This document shows positions 15,669 to 23,573 of a DNA stretch of 32,000 nt, piece after piece. The notes below the pieces were generated by a model that was not told where the DNA came from, did not search any database, and was given only the letters and a program-made list of their open reading frames with translations. This DNA comes from Phycisphaera mikurensis NBRC 102666 (GTDB lineage: Bacteria > Planctomycetota > Phycisphaerae > Phycisphaerales > Phycisphaeraceae): assembly GCF_000284115.1 (NCBI RefSeq), contig NC_017080.1, positions 1,770,001 through 1,802,000 on the forward strand, written 5' to 3'. How positions within the stretch are numbered: position 1 is the stretch's first letter; each line of letters starts with the position of its first letter. Both the position numbers and the translations under genes were made by a program.

Positions 15669-17795
15669 ATGCATGCCCCGCACCCCTCCCGCACGGCGCG
15701 TCTCCTCGATCCGGCCGCCGAACCCGCCGCCGCCTCGTTCCGGGTCGACGACGGCTTCCTGCGGAGGATGCGCGCGTCGTGCGTCGACCGGTCCGTGCGG
15801 CGTCTGACGCTGTCGTACACGGTCGGGCTGCTGCTCATCGCGGCGCTGACGGTGGGCGCGTACCTGCGGGTGGAGGGGGCGCTGCGGCAGCAGCGCAGCG
15901 ACGCGGCGGTCATCAACGTGGCGGGCAAGCAGCGGATGCTCAGCCAGCGCATCACCAAAGCGGCGATGGCCATGGCGGGCGGCGCTTCCGTGGGCGAGGG
16001 CGGGGCCGGCTTCGGCTCGGAGCTGCGCGAGGCGATTGCGGCCTTCGAGCTCGGCCACACGGCGCTGACGGTCGGCAACGACGCCGTGGGCGTGCCGCCG
16101 ACGGTGGATGCGGAAGCGGTGTCGCGGATCCGGCGGCTGGGCCCGTCCTTCGAAGCCCTGGTCGCGGCCGCCGAAGCCATCGCCGACGGGGCCGACCCGA
16201 AGGTCCACCTGCCGGTCCTCCTCGCCGAGCAGGCGCAGTTCCTGCCCGAGCAGGACGCGTTGGTCTCGCGGTTCGCCACGCTCTCGCGGGCGAAGGTCGC
16301 CCGGCTCGAGGCGGACCACGCCTGGCTGCTCTGGATCACGCTGGGCCTGCTGCTCGCGGAGGCGGTGCTGGTGTTCGCGCCGGCCGCCCGCGCCATGCGG
16401 CGCCAGCTGCAGATCCTGCACGAAGCCGGGGAGATCATGAGCCACGAGGCGAAGCACGACGCCCTCACCGGGCTGGCGAACCGCAACGCGCTGCTGCAGC
16501 ACCTCGAGGTGCTGCTGCACGCGGCCCACGGCGACGCGCAGGAGGAAGTCGCGGTGTACTTCCTCGACTTCGACCGCTTCAAGGCGATCAACGACAGCCT
16601 CGGCCACGAGGCCGGCGACCGGCTCCTCAAGGAGATCGCCAGCCGGGCGCGGGTGCTGATGGACGATCCCCGCGTGGGCCGGCTCGAGGCCTTCCGCCTC
16701 GGCGGGGACGAGTTCGTGCTCGTGCTGCACGGCCGCTCGATCGGCCACGAGATCCGTCCGCTGGCCGACCGCGCCCTGGTGCTGTTCGGCCAGCCCTGCG
16801 TGCTCGATGGGCACCCCTGCGTGTCCACGGCGAGCATCGGCATCGCGACCGCGTCGGGCCCACGCCCCGGCGACGCGTCGCGGACGCGGACGGCCTCGGA
16901 GCTGCTGCGCAACGCCGACCTGGCCATGATGCAGGCCAAGGCGGCGGGCAAGGCGCGGTACATGGTCTTCGACGAAACGATGTACCGCTACGCCCAGCGG
17001 CGGCAGCGGCTGGAGCACGATCTGCGGGAAGCGGTCGACACCGACCGGCTCGGCGTCCGCTACCTGCCGATCGTCTCCGCCGACCACTCCGGTCTCGTCG
17101 CCGTGGAGGCGATCGCCCGCTGGGACCACCCGCAGCTGGGGCTGCTGGAGGACGCGGAGCTGCTGGAGGTCGCGACCGACGCGGGGCTGGTGCACGAGCT
17201 GAGCGATCGGGTGCTCAGGCGGGTGAGCGTGGAGGTCGCCGCGGCCGCGGCGGCGCCGAACGCGGCACCGCTCCCGTGGATCCACCTCAACGTCTCGCGC
17301 GCCGAGGCTTCGCACCCGGCCTTCCCGGACCGCCTCGCCGCGGCGCTTGTGGACTGCCCTCCGCTGGCCGGGCGTCTCTGCCTCGAGTTCGCCGAGGACA
17401 ACCTCGGCCGCGGCCTCGATCACTTTTCGGGCCTCGTCCAGCGGGTGTCCGCGTTGGGCGTGAAGACCTGCATCGACGATCTCGGCGGGGCCCACGCCTC
17501 GCTGGGCGACCTCGCCCGCCTCGGCGTGGACCAGATCAAGATCCAGCCGGGCGTCAACTCGCCCGACCGGCTGGTCGATCCGCTGTCCCTTCTCGTGCCC
17601 CGCGCCGTCGTGGCCTTCGCCCGCGGGGTCGGCGTCGAGGTCACGGCCACCGGCGTCGACTGCGAGCCCGCGGTGGCGGTGGCGTTGGACCTGGGCGTCG
17701 AGGCGCTGCAGGGCCTGCACTTCGGCGGCCCGGGCTCGCTCGAGGAGGTCCTGCGCCGGGCGGCCGGGAGCGGCGGCATCCGGTTGGCGGCCTGA
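15669..17795 (+). CDS. Membrane sensor with PilJ/NarX-type periplasmic domain, a GGDEF diguanylate cyclase domain and a degenerate EAL domain
   Basis: NVAGKQRMLSQRITK (P-box-like PilJ/NarX N-terminal sensor motif) lies between two TM segments. RLGGDEFVLVL is an intact GGDEF motif. The EAL-like domain has YLPIV..VEAIARW, NVS, LEFAE, DDLGGAHASL, IKIQ, ATGVD and LQGL. The start is uncertain (ATG 15669 or 15768). Confidence 0.85.
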   Translation: MHAPHPSRTARLLDPAAEPAAASFRVDDGFLRRMRASCVDRSVRRLTLSYTVGLLLIAALTVGAYLRVEGALRQQRSDAAVINVAGKQRMLSQRITKAAMAMAGGASVGEGGAGFGSELREAIAAFELGHTALTVGNDAVGVPPTVDAEAVSRIRRLGPSFEALVAAAEAIADGADPKVHLPVLLAEQAQFLPEQDALVSRFATLSRAKVARLEADHAWLLWITLGLLLAEAVLVFAPAARAMRRQLQILHEAGEIMSHEAKHDALTGLANRNALLQHLEVLLHAAHGDAQEEVAVYFLDFDRFKAINDSLGHEAGDRLLKEIASRARVLMDDPRVGRLEAFRLGGDEFVLVLHGRSIGHEIRPLADRALVLFGQPCVLDGHPCVSTASIGIATASGPRPGDASRTRTASELLRNADLAMMQAKAAGKARYMVFDETMYRYAQRRQRLEHDLREAVDTDRLGVRYLPIVSADHSGLVAVEAIARWDHPQLGLLEDAELLEVATDAGLVHELSDRVLRRVSVEVAAAAAAPNAAPLPWIHLNVSRAEASHPAFPDRLAAALVDCPPLAGRLCLEFAEDNLGRGLDHFSGLVQRVSALGVKTCIDDLGGAHASLGDLARLGVDQIKIQPGVNSPDRLVDPLSLLVPRAVVAFARGVGVEVTATGVDCEPAVAVALDLGVEALQGLHFGGPGSLEEVLRRAAGSGGIRLAA

Positions 17796-17901
17796 GGGGG
17801 CCGCCGCGGCTTCGGCGTCGCCGCGCCCGCGTACCGTCGGGCGGCGTCCGGCGGCGTGGTTCTCGCGCGTCCGGCCTTCTCCTTCTCCCGAGCGCCCGCC
17901 G

Positions 17902-19353
17902 ATGCCCAAGCTCCTCGCCGCCGCCGCCGCCGCCGCGACGCTCCTCCCGGCGGTGGCGGTCGCGGCGGCTCCGGCCGGCGGCGGGCCGGGACCGATCTTC
18001 CGCATCGAAGCCGAGGACGCGCAGCTCACGGGCGTGCGAGCGGTCCGCGGGGCGGGCGACCCGTCCGACCACGCCGGCGACGGCTACGTCACCGGCTTCG
18101 TCGGCGACGACGCCCGCGTCCGCTTCGCCTTCCCGGCGGAGGCGGGGCTGCACGAGCTGCGGGTGGGCCACCGCTCGCCGCTGGGCGAGAAGGCGTACTT
18201 CCTGCGCGTCAACGGGTTGCAGATCGAGGAGCGCTTCGCGCGGACCGGCGACGGCTTCGAGGTGGACCGCACCGGCCGCGTGGAGCTGCGGGACGGCGTG
18301 AACGAGCTGGCGATCGCCCGCGGCTGGGGCCACTACGACCTCGACTTCATCGAGGTCTGGCCCGCCGACCCGCTCCCGGTGCCGACGGTCGCGGACCCGA
18401 CGCCCTCCAACCCGCGGGCCACGCCGGCCGCGCGGGCGCTGCTCCGCCGGCTCGCCTCGGTCTACGGCCGGGCGACGCTCTCGGGGGTGAACGCGCCCGC
18501 CGACGCCGACCACGTCGAGCGGGTGGCGGGCGTGCGGCCGGCGATGCGGTGGGCCGATCTCATGGACTTCTCGCCGAGCCGGATCGCCCGCGGCGCCGAC
18601 CCCGGCGACCTCGTCGAAGAGCAGCTCGCCGCCGCCGCCGAAGGCGCGGCCATCGGCCTGTCCTGGCACTGGAACGCGCCCTCGGGGTTGCTCGACGACC
18701 CCGCCTTCGTCGACGCCGAGGGGCAGGCGAAGGACGCCGCCTGGTACAAGGGCTTCTACACCTACGCCACCGCTTTCGACGTGGAGGCGGCGATGAACGA
18801 CCCGGCTTCGGCCGCGTACGCCGAGCTCGTGAGCGACATCGACGCGATCGCCCAGCCGCTGCGACGCTTCGCCGAGGCCGGCGTGCCGGTGCTGTGGCGG
18901 CCGCTCCACGAGGCCAACGGCGGCTGGTTCTGGTGGGCGGCGAAGGGGCCGACGCCCTACGGCAAGCTCTGGCGGCTGATGCACGACCGGCTCGTGAACG
19001 TCCACGGCCTGCACAACCTGCTGTGGGTCTACACCGGCGGACCGATCGCCTACCCCGGGGACGCCTACTGCGACCTGGTCGGCTGGGATGCCTACTACGC
19101 GGACCCGCGCGACCCGCTGACCGGAGACTGGCAGACGATGCTCGCGGCCTTCGACGGCCGCCGGATGATCGCCCTGACCGAGTTCGGCAAGGTGCCGGAC
19201 GTGCCGCGCATGCAGCGGCTGGGCGTGTGGTGGTCGTTCTTCGCTTCCTGGACCGGCGAGGACGGCCCGCGGGCGATGCCCGACGAGGAGCTCCGCCGCG
19301 TCTTCCACGCGCCCGGCGTGATGAACCTCCAGGCTTGGCGAGGCGTCCGCTGA
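17902..19353 (+). CDS. Secreted beta-mannanase, GH26 catalytic domain with an N-terminal CBM (CBM6/35-like)
   Basis: Signal peptide (AAAAAATLLPAVAVAAAP). A CBM-like module (FRIEAEDAQLTG..GYVTGF..LDFIEVW) is followed by the GH26 motif WRPLHEANGGWFWW and the nucleophile region IALTEFG. Confidence 0.85.
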   Translation: MPKLLAAAAAAATLLPAVAVAAAPAGGGPGPIFRIEAEDAQLTGVRAVRGAGDPSDHAGDGYVTGFVGDDARVRFAFPAEAGLHELRVGHRSPLGEKAYFLRVNGLQIEERFARTGDGFEVDRTGRVELRDGVNELAIARGWGHYDLDFIEVWPADPLPVPTVADPTPSNPRATPAARALLRRLASVYGRATLSGVNAPADADHVERVAGVRPAMRWADLMDFSPSRIARGADPGDLVEEQLAAAAEGAAIGLSWHWNAPSGLLDDPAFVDAEGQAKDAAWYKGFYTYATAFDVEAAMNDPASAAYAELVSDIDAIAQPLRRFAEAGVPVLWRPLHEANGGWFWWAAKGPTPYGKLWRLMHDRLVNVHGLHNLLWVYTGGPIAYPGDAYCDLVGWDAYYADPRDPLTGDWQTMLAAFDGRRMIALTEFGKVPDVPRMQRLGVWWSFFASWTGEDGPRAMPDEELRRVFHAPGVMNLQAWRGVR

Positions 19354-19358
19354 CGCGT

Positions 19359-19404
19359 CCGCGGATGGAGCGGGTCGGGGGCCGCGGCGGGCGACGATCC
19401 GCGG
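19359..19404. repeat. 46-nt palindromic element, variant copy E (CCGCGGATGG-N26-CGATCCGCGG)
   Basis: Same 46-nt span. The arms share the CCGCGGA/TCCGCGG core, giving 9 of 10 bp pairing. It starts 6 nt after the GH26 stop, in the convergent gap with sdhB. Confidence 0.7.
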
Positions 19405-19488
19405 GCTCGGGGCGGAGGCCGTCCCGGCTTCGCGACGACGCGGCCGGGCCCGCGCGAGCCCGCCGCGCCCGGCCGCCCGCGGCGGCGT

Positions 19489-20298
19489 TCACTTGCCCGC
19501 GAAGAACTTCTTCACGGCGTGGACGGTCAGCTGCCGGCCGGCCTTGCCGATCGCTTCGGTGAGCGGGATCTCCTTGGGACAGACCTTCACGCAGTTCTGA
19601 GCGTTGCCGCAGTCGCCGACGCCGCCGGGGCCGGCGAGGGCCTCGAGCCGCTCGGGCTTGAGCTTCTTGCCGGTCTCGTGCTGGTTGAAGTAGTACGCCT
19701 GGGCGATCGCCTGCGCCCCGAGGAAGGCGTTGTCCGCGGTGAACTGCGGGCAGGCCTCCAGGCAGCAGCCGCAGGTCATGCAGCGGGAGATGGCGTAACG
19801 CTCCTGCTGCTGCTCCGGGGTCTCCTGCGGCCCCTCCCCGAGGTCGTGCGTGCCGTCGATGGGCACCCAGGCCTTCACGCGGATGAGGTTGTCGAACATC
19901 CGCTGGCGGTCGACGAAGAGGTCGCGCACCACCGGGAACTTGGTCATGGGCTCCAGGGAGATCAACCGTTCGTCCGCGTCCTCGAGCAGGTCGGGCACGA
20001 GGGCGGAGCAGCTCTGCCGCACGCGGCCGTTGACGATCATCGTGCACGAGCCGCACACCTCCTCGAGGCAGCCGGACTCCCAGACGACCGGCTCGACGCT
20101 CTCGCCCTCGACGGTCGTGGGGTGGGCGGCGACGTACTGCAGCACCGAGATGACGTTCTGCGCGGGCCGCTCGGGCACCTCGAAGGTGTTCCAGTAGCTG
20201 GGCTGATCGGCGCCATCCTGCCTCTTGATGCGCACGCGGAAGGTCTTCGCGGCGGGGGAGGCGGCGTCGGAGGCTTTCGAGTCGGCGGGGGCGATCAT
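19489..20298 (-). CDS. sdhB: Succinate dehydrogenase/fumarate reductase iron-sulfur subunit
   Basis: 269 aa with three Cys clusters: CLEEVCGSCTM ([2Fe-2S]), CMTCGCCLEACP ([4Fe-4S]) and CGNAQNCVKVCP ([3Fe-4S]). Confidence 0.9.
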   Translation of the reverse strand: MIAPADSKASDAASPAAKTFRVRIKRQDGADQPSYWNTFEVPERPAQNVISVLQYVAAHPTTVEGESVEPVVWESGCLEEVCGSCTMIVNGRVRQSCSALVPDLLEDADERLISLEPMTKFPVVRDLFVDRQRMFDNLIRVKAWVPIDGTHDLGEGPQETPEQQQERYAISRCMTCGCCLEACPQFTADNAFLGAQAIAQAYYFNQHETGKKLKPERLEALAGPGGVGDCGNAQNCVKVCPKEIPLTEAIGKAGRQLTVHAVKKFFAGK

Positions 20299-20480
20299 GG
20301 CGGGTGTGGGAGCGGGACCGGTGCGGCGGAACTTTAGGGACGCGATCGGCCGGCGCGGCGGGCGGTGGGCACGCCGACCGCGTCTGCATCGGGGGTTTCG
20401 TCGGTGCCCCGACCCGCCTACGCTTGGGCGACGCCCGGCACCCGCAGGGCGTGGCTCGACGCTTCCTCTGGAGACGGCTC

Positions 20481-20894
20481 ATGCGATCGCCCCTTCCCCG
20501 CGTTCCCGCCGCCGGATCGCTGTGCTGCGTCGCGGCGCTCGCGCTGGGCGTCGGCTGCAGCTCGACCGCCTACGAGCGGGAGCAGCAGCGGCTCACGAGC
20601 CTGCAGCAGTCGCTCGCGGCCGCCGCCGAGCGGCTCAACGCCGCGGATCTCCCGGGGGCCGAGGCGCACCTCGACGAGGCCGGCGGCCTCGCCGAGAGCG
20701 ATTACGAGCGGCGGAAGGTGGCGAGCCTGAGGGGCGTCGTGGAGGGGGCGGACCGCCTCGCCGAGGGCGACGGGCCCGGGGCCGCCGCCGCCTGGTCGAG
20801 GATCCAGAGCCCGACCCTCCGCTACGAGGTGCAGGAAAAGGCGGCGGGCGTGGGCATCCAGGTGCCCGACCGCCCGGTGCCCGCTGCGGAGTGA
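20481..20894 (+). CDS. Putative lipoprotein, helical (hypothetical)
   Basis: ATG at 20481 is preceded by GGAGACGG. The signal sequence has a lipobox-like ALALGVGC|SS. The rest is Ala/Glu/Leu-rich and helical. No family recognised. Confidence 0.5.
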   Translation: MRSPLPRVPAAGSLCCVAALALGVGCSSTAYEREQQRLTSLQQSLAAAAERLNAADLPGAEAHLDEAGGLAESDYERRKVASLRGVVEGADRLAEGDGPGAAAAWSRIQSPTLRYEVQEKAAGVGIQVPDRPVPAAE

Positions 20895-20929
20895 TCCGGC
20901 CGCTTCTTCTCTCGCCCACGAGGTCCCCC

Positions 20930-22003
20930 ATGAACGCTTCTCCCTCCGGTTTCTGCTTCCGCGGCACGGCCCTCGCGGCCCTGCTCGCCGCCTCCGCCGC
21001 CTCGGCACAGGACAGCGTCTTCACCGAGCTGCCCGCGGAGCCGGCGGCGACGCCCTCGGCCGAATCCAGCGAGCGGGCGGGCCGGCCCGTCCTCGACGGC
21101 TACGACTTCGGCCAGGTGGTCGACACGATGGAGGCGTCGGTCACGCCGCTGCAAGAGGAGATGGACCGCAGCTTCGCGGTGCTGATCGAGCGGATGGGCG
21201 ATGCCGAGCGCCTGCTCGAGGAGGGCCGCACGCTCGAGGCGATGGAGGAAGCCTCGGCCGCGATCGACGGCGTGCTCGCCGTCCGCGACAGGGTCCTCGA
21301 GCCGATGTGGGACGGGCAGCAGGCGTTGCAGGAGCAGACCGGCGCCGCCCGGCTGCGGCTGGCCAAGGCGATGGCGGCGGTGGAGGCCGAGAAGCGTCCG
21401 GGCACCAGCGAGGCCGAGCAGCAGACCGAGGGCGTGCTGGACTCGATCGCGGCGCGGATCGCCAACGAGACCGACCCGAACCGCAAGAAGCGGCTGATGG
21501 CGCACTACCGCACGGTGCGGAACCTCGCCAGCGTGAAGAGCCTGACCGACCAGCTCTCCCCCGATCAGCGGAAGCTGTGGGTGAACGTGCTCTCGGTGCT
21601 GGACGACGCCGGGCTCGCCCACCAGCAGGTGCTCATGGGCAGCGAGGTGCTGTTCTCGCAGTTCGAGGCGACCTCGGCGAACCTCCGCGAGTTCATGCGG
21701 CTGCACCGCACCGTCGACGGGGCCAGCGAGCTCATCGAGATGGTCCGCGGCATGCAGCAGGACGGGTCGGGCTTCGCCGGCTTCGTCACGAACATGAGCG
21801 AGCTGCAGGACCGGCTCGCGGGCTTCAACACCTCGATGGAGGGCGCGCTGCAGGGGCAGATGGCCATCCTCGAGGGCCGCGTCGACGAGCTCGGCGGCCT
21901 GGAGGGCGACGTCCTCGGCGACGACGGCGTGATGATGTCCGCCGACGCCGACGCCGAGATGCAGAACCGCATCCGCCGGCTGCAGCAGGCCGACGACGAG
22001 TGA
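20930..22003 (+). CDS. Secreted all-helical/coiled-coil protein (hypothetical)
   Basis: The in-frame ATG at 20930 gives MNASPSGFCFRGTALAALLAASAASA|QDS, a signal peptide. The remaining 357 aa are Glu/Leu/Ala/Arg/Met-rich with long heptad-like helices. No family recognised. Confidence 0.6.
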   Translation: MNASPSGFCFRGTALAALLAASAASAQDSVFTELPAEPAATPSAESSERAGRPVLDGYDFGQVVDTMEASVTPLQEEMDRSFAVLIERMGDAERLLEEGRTLEAMEEASAAIDGVLAVRDRVLEPMWDGQQALQEQTGAARLRLAKAMAAVEAEKRPGTSEAEQQTEGVLDSIAARIANETDPNRKKRLMAHYRTVRNLASVKSLTDQLSPDQRKLWVNVLSVLDDAGLAHQQVLMGSEVLFSQFEATSANLREFMRLHRTVDGASELIEMVRGMQQDGSGFAGFVTNMSELQDRLAGFNTSMEGALQGQMAILEGRVDELGGLEGDVLGDDGVMMSADADAEMQNRIRRLQQADDE

Positions 22004-22023
22004 TCTTCCCCCACCCCCACCCC

Positions 22024-22512
22024 ATGATGAAGCGCACCTCCACCCTCCTCGCTCTCGCGGCGCTGCTGCTGGCGGCGCCTGCGCTGCTGCCCGCCGGCGT
22101 GCCCGGCGCCGCGGCGTTCGCCTCCGCACAGGAGATCACCCCCGAGGTGCGGGCCGACTTCGCCCGCCTCACCCGCGAGCGGAGCCAGGCCCACGCCCAG
22201 CTCCGCAAGCTCGACCGGCAGGCCGCGGACCGCGTCCGCGACGGCCGCGACGCGACCGAGGTGTACGCCGAGCAGATCAACACGCAGGACAAGCTGGACC
22301 TGATCCAGCTGCGCCTCGAGCTGCTCGCCACCCGCTACGGCCTCCCGCTGCAGCCGGTGGAGGCCCCGGAGGCCTCCGACGGCCGCGACCCTGTGGAGAA
22401 AGCGACCGACCGCGTGTTCTCGCGCGGCGAGGCACGGGCCCGGGATCAGCTCCGACGTGACGTGGAAGACTTCCTGCGGTCGATCGACTTCAGCGACTTC
22501 CTGGCGGAGTGA
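22024..22512 (+). CDS. Small secreted helical protein (hypothetical)
   Basis: ATG at 22024 gives MMKRTSTLLALAALLLAAPALLPAGVPGAAAFASA|QE, a signal peptide, followed by a charged helical region. 162 aa, starting 20 nt after the previous gene. Confidence 0.6.
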   Translation: MMKRTSTLLALAALLLAAPALLPAGVPGAAAFASAQEITPEVRADFARLTRERSQAHAQLRKLDRQAADRVRDGRDATEVYAEQINTQDKLDLIQLRLELLATRYGLPLQPVEAPEASDGRDPVEKATDRVFSRGEARARDQLRRDVEDFLRSIDFSDFLAE

Positions 22513-22536
22513 GGACGCATCGGCTCCGCCGATCGA

Positions 22537-22616
22537 GCGAAGAAGCGGGGAAGCGAAGAAGCGAAGAAGCGAAGAAGCGAAGAAGCGAGGAAGTCAAGAA
22601 GCGGGGAAGCGAAGGA
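22537..22616. repeat. Octanucleotide tandem array (GCGAAGAA-like) x10
   Basis: Units read gcgaagaa gcggggaa gcgaagaa gcgaagaa gcgaagaa gcgaagaa gcgaggaa gtcaagaa gcggggaa gcgaagga. The array starts 25 nt after the stop at 22510-22512. Confidence 0.9.
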
Positions 22617-22714
22617 GTCAGCAGAGTTGGAGTTCGGCACGTTTGCTCTTCAGGAGCCACCTCGGGGTCACTGCTCGCCCGGTCCCCCGCAGGTCCCAAG
22701 CCTCACTGTCTGAC

Positions 22715-22738
22715 TTCCCCGCTTCTCCGCTTCTTCGC
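22715..22738. repeat. Three inverted copies of the same octamer (ttccccgc ttctccgc ttcttcgc)
   Basis: The reverse complement is gcgaagaa gcggagaa gcggggaa. It can pair with the 3' units of the 22537-22616 array, with additional pairing GTCAGCAGAG/CACTGTCTGAC, giving a foldback of about 150 nt. It ends 24 nt before the exbB-like ATG. Confidence 0.85.
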
Positions 22739-22761
22739 CCGCCTCTCTCCCTCCTGCCGCC

Positions 22762-23181
22762 ATGCTGATGCGTTTCATGGAACTCGGCGGGCCGCTGATG
22801 TGGCCGCTGCTCGCGTGCTCCGTCCTGCTGGGCGCGGTGCTCTTCGAGCGGCTCTGGACGGTGGGCGTCCTCCACCTGATGCTCGGCGCGGCGGGCGGCG
22901 TCGGCCCCGCTGCGCTGGCCTGGCACCGGCGGGCGCTGCCGTTCTTCGTGGACGTGCCGCCGAGCATCGGGCTGCTCGGGACCGTCGTGGGCGTCATCCG
23001 CAGCTTCAACCTCGGCGGCGGCGGGATCGACACCGACGCGGTGGCCTCCGGGCTCGGGGTGGCCTGCATCACCACGGTCTTCGGGCTTTCGATCGCGATC
23101 GTCGCGTCGATCGCGCAGCACCTGCTGGACTGGATCACCGGGCAGCCGGAGCCGGGGCAGCCCGCAGAGGCGGGGGGCTGA
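22762..23181 (+). CDS. MotA/TolQ/ExbB-family proton channel protein, unusually short
   Basis: 139 aa with three hydrophobic helices. GLLGTVVGVIRSF and GLGVACITTVFGLSIAIVASI match the conserved TM2/TM3 region of ExbB/TolQ. The TM1-TM2 loop is only about 35 aa. Confidence 0.75.
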   Translation: MLMRFMELGGPLMWPLLACSVLLGAVLFERLWTVGVLHLMLGAAGGVGPAALAWHRRALPFFVDVPPSIGLLGTVVGVIRSFNLGGGGIDTDAVASGLGVACITTVFGLSIAIVASIAQHLLDWITGQPEPGQPAEAGG

Positions 23182-23182
23182 G

Positions 23183-23572
23183 ATGGCGTACAAGAGCTTC
23201 ATCGACCTGCTGTTCATCCTGCTGCTGTCGACGTTCGTGCTGCTCTCCGAGTCGGTGCGGATGGAGACGGTCGACGCGAACCCCGCGGAGGTCTCCGGCG
23301 GCGCCCTGGCGCTGGACGAAGCGGAGCGGGCGGTGCAGGTGGCGGTGCTGCCCGGCGGCCGCGTCGCGGTCGCGGGGGAGGAGGTGGACGACGCCGCGGC
23401 GGCGGGGCGGGTGCCGGCGGGGGCCTGGGCGCTGCTGGTGCCGGGGCCGGAGGGGCTCGGGCACCAGCGGGTGATGGAGGTCTGGGCGACGCTGCGGGCG
23501 GCGGGCCTGGACGTGCGGCTGGGCGTGAAGCCCGGCCCCGGGCCCGGCTCTGCCGCGAAGGAAGGCGTGTAG
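23183..23572 (+). CDS. ExbD/TolR-like protein (divergent)
   Basis: 129 aa, starting 1 nt after the exbB-like stop. The N-terminal single TM segment carries an embedded Asp (SFIDLLFILLLSTFVLL), as in ExbD/TolR. The periplasmic domain is divergent. Confidence 0.6.
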   Translation: MAYKSFIDLLFILLLSTFVLLSESVRMETVDANPAEVSGGALALDEAERAVQVAVLPGGRVAVAGEEVDDAAAAGRVPAGAWALLVPGPEGLGHQRVMEVWATLRAAGLDVRLGVKPGPGPGSAAKEGV

Positions 23573-23573
23573 C

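Noticed and set aside
13661-16963. 1100-aa minus-strand ORF opposite metG and the GGDEF-EAL gene (also 15633..18029 minus and 15650..18301 plus)
   Set aside because: metG (HIGH/KMSKS) and the GGDEF/EAL motifs fix the true frames. These alternatives are GC-driven open frames.
22537-22616. CRISPR array hypothesis for the 8-bp arrays (also 27981-28020 and 31093-31125)
   Set aside because: The units are contiguous with no spacers and are far too short (8 bp). No cas genes are present. They are simple tandem repeats.
22509-23474. + ORF translating the octamer array into RSEEAKKRRSEEAKKRRSEE...
   Set aside because: The repetitive peptide is an artefact of reading through the 8-bp tandem array, where the frame changes meaning every unit. 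The ORF then runs out of frame through the exbB/exbD-like genes.
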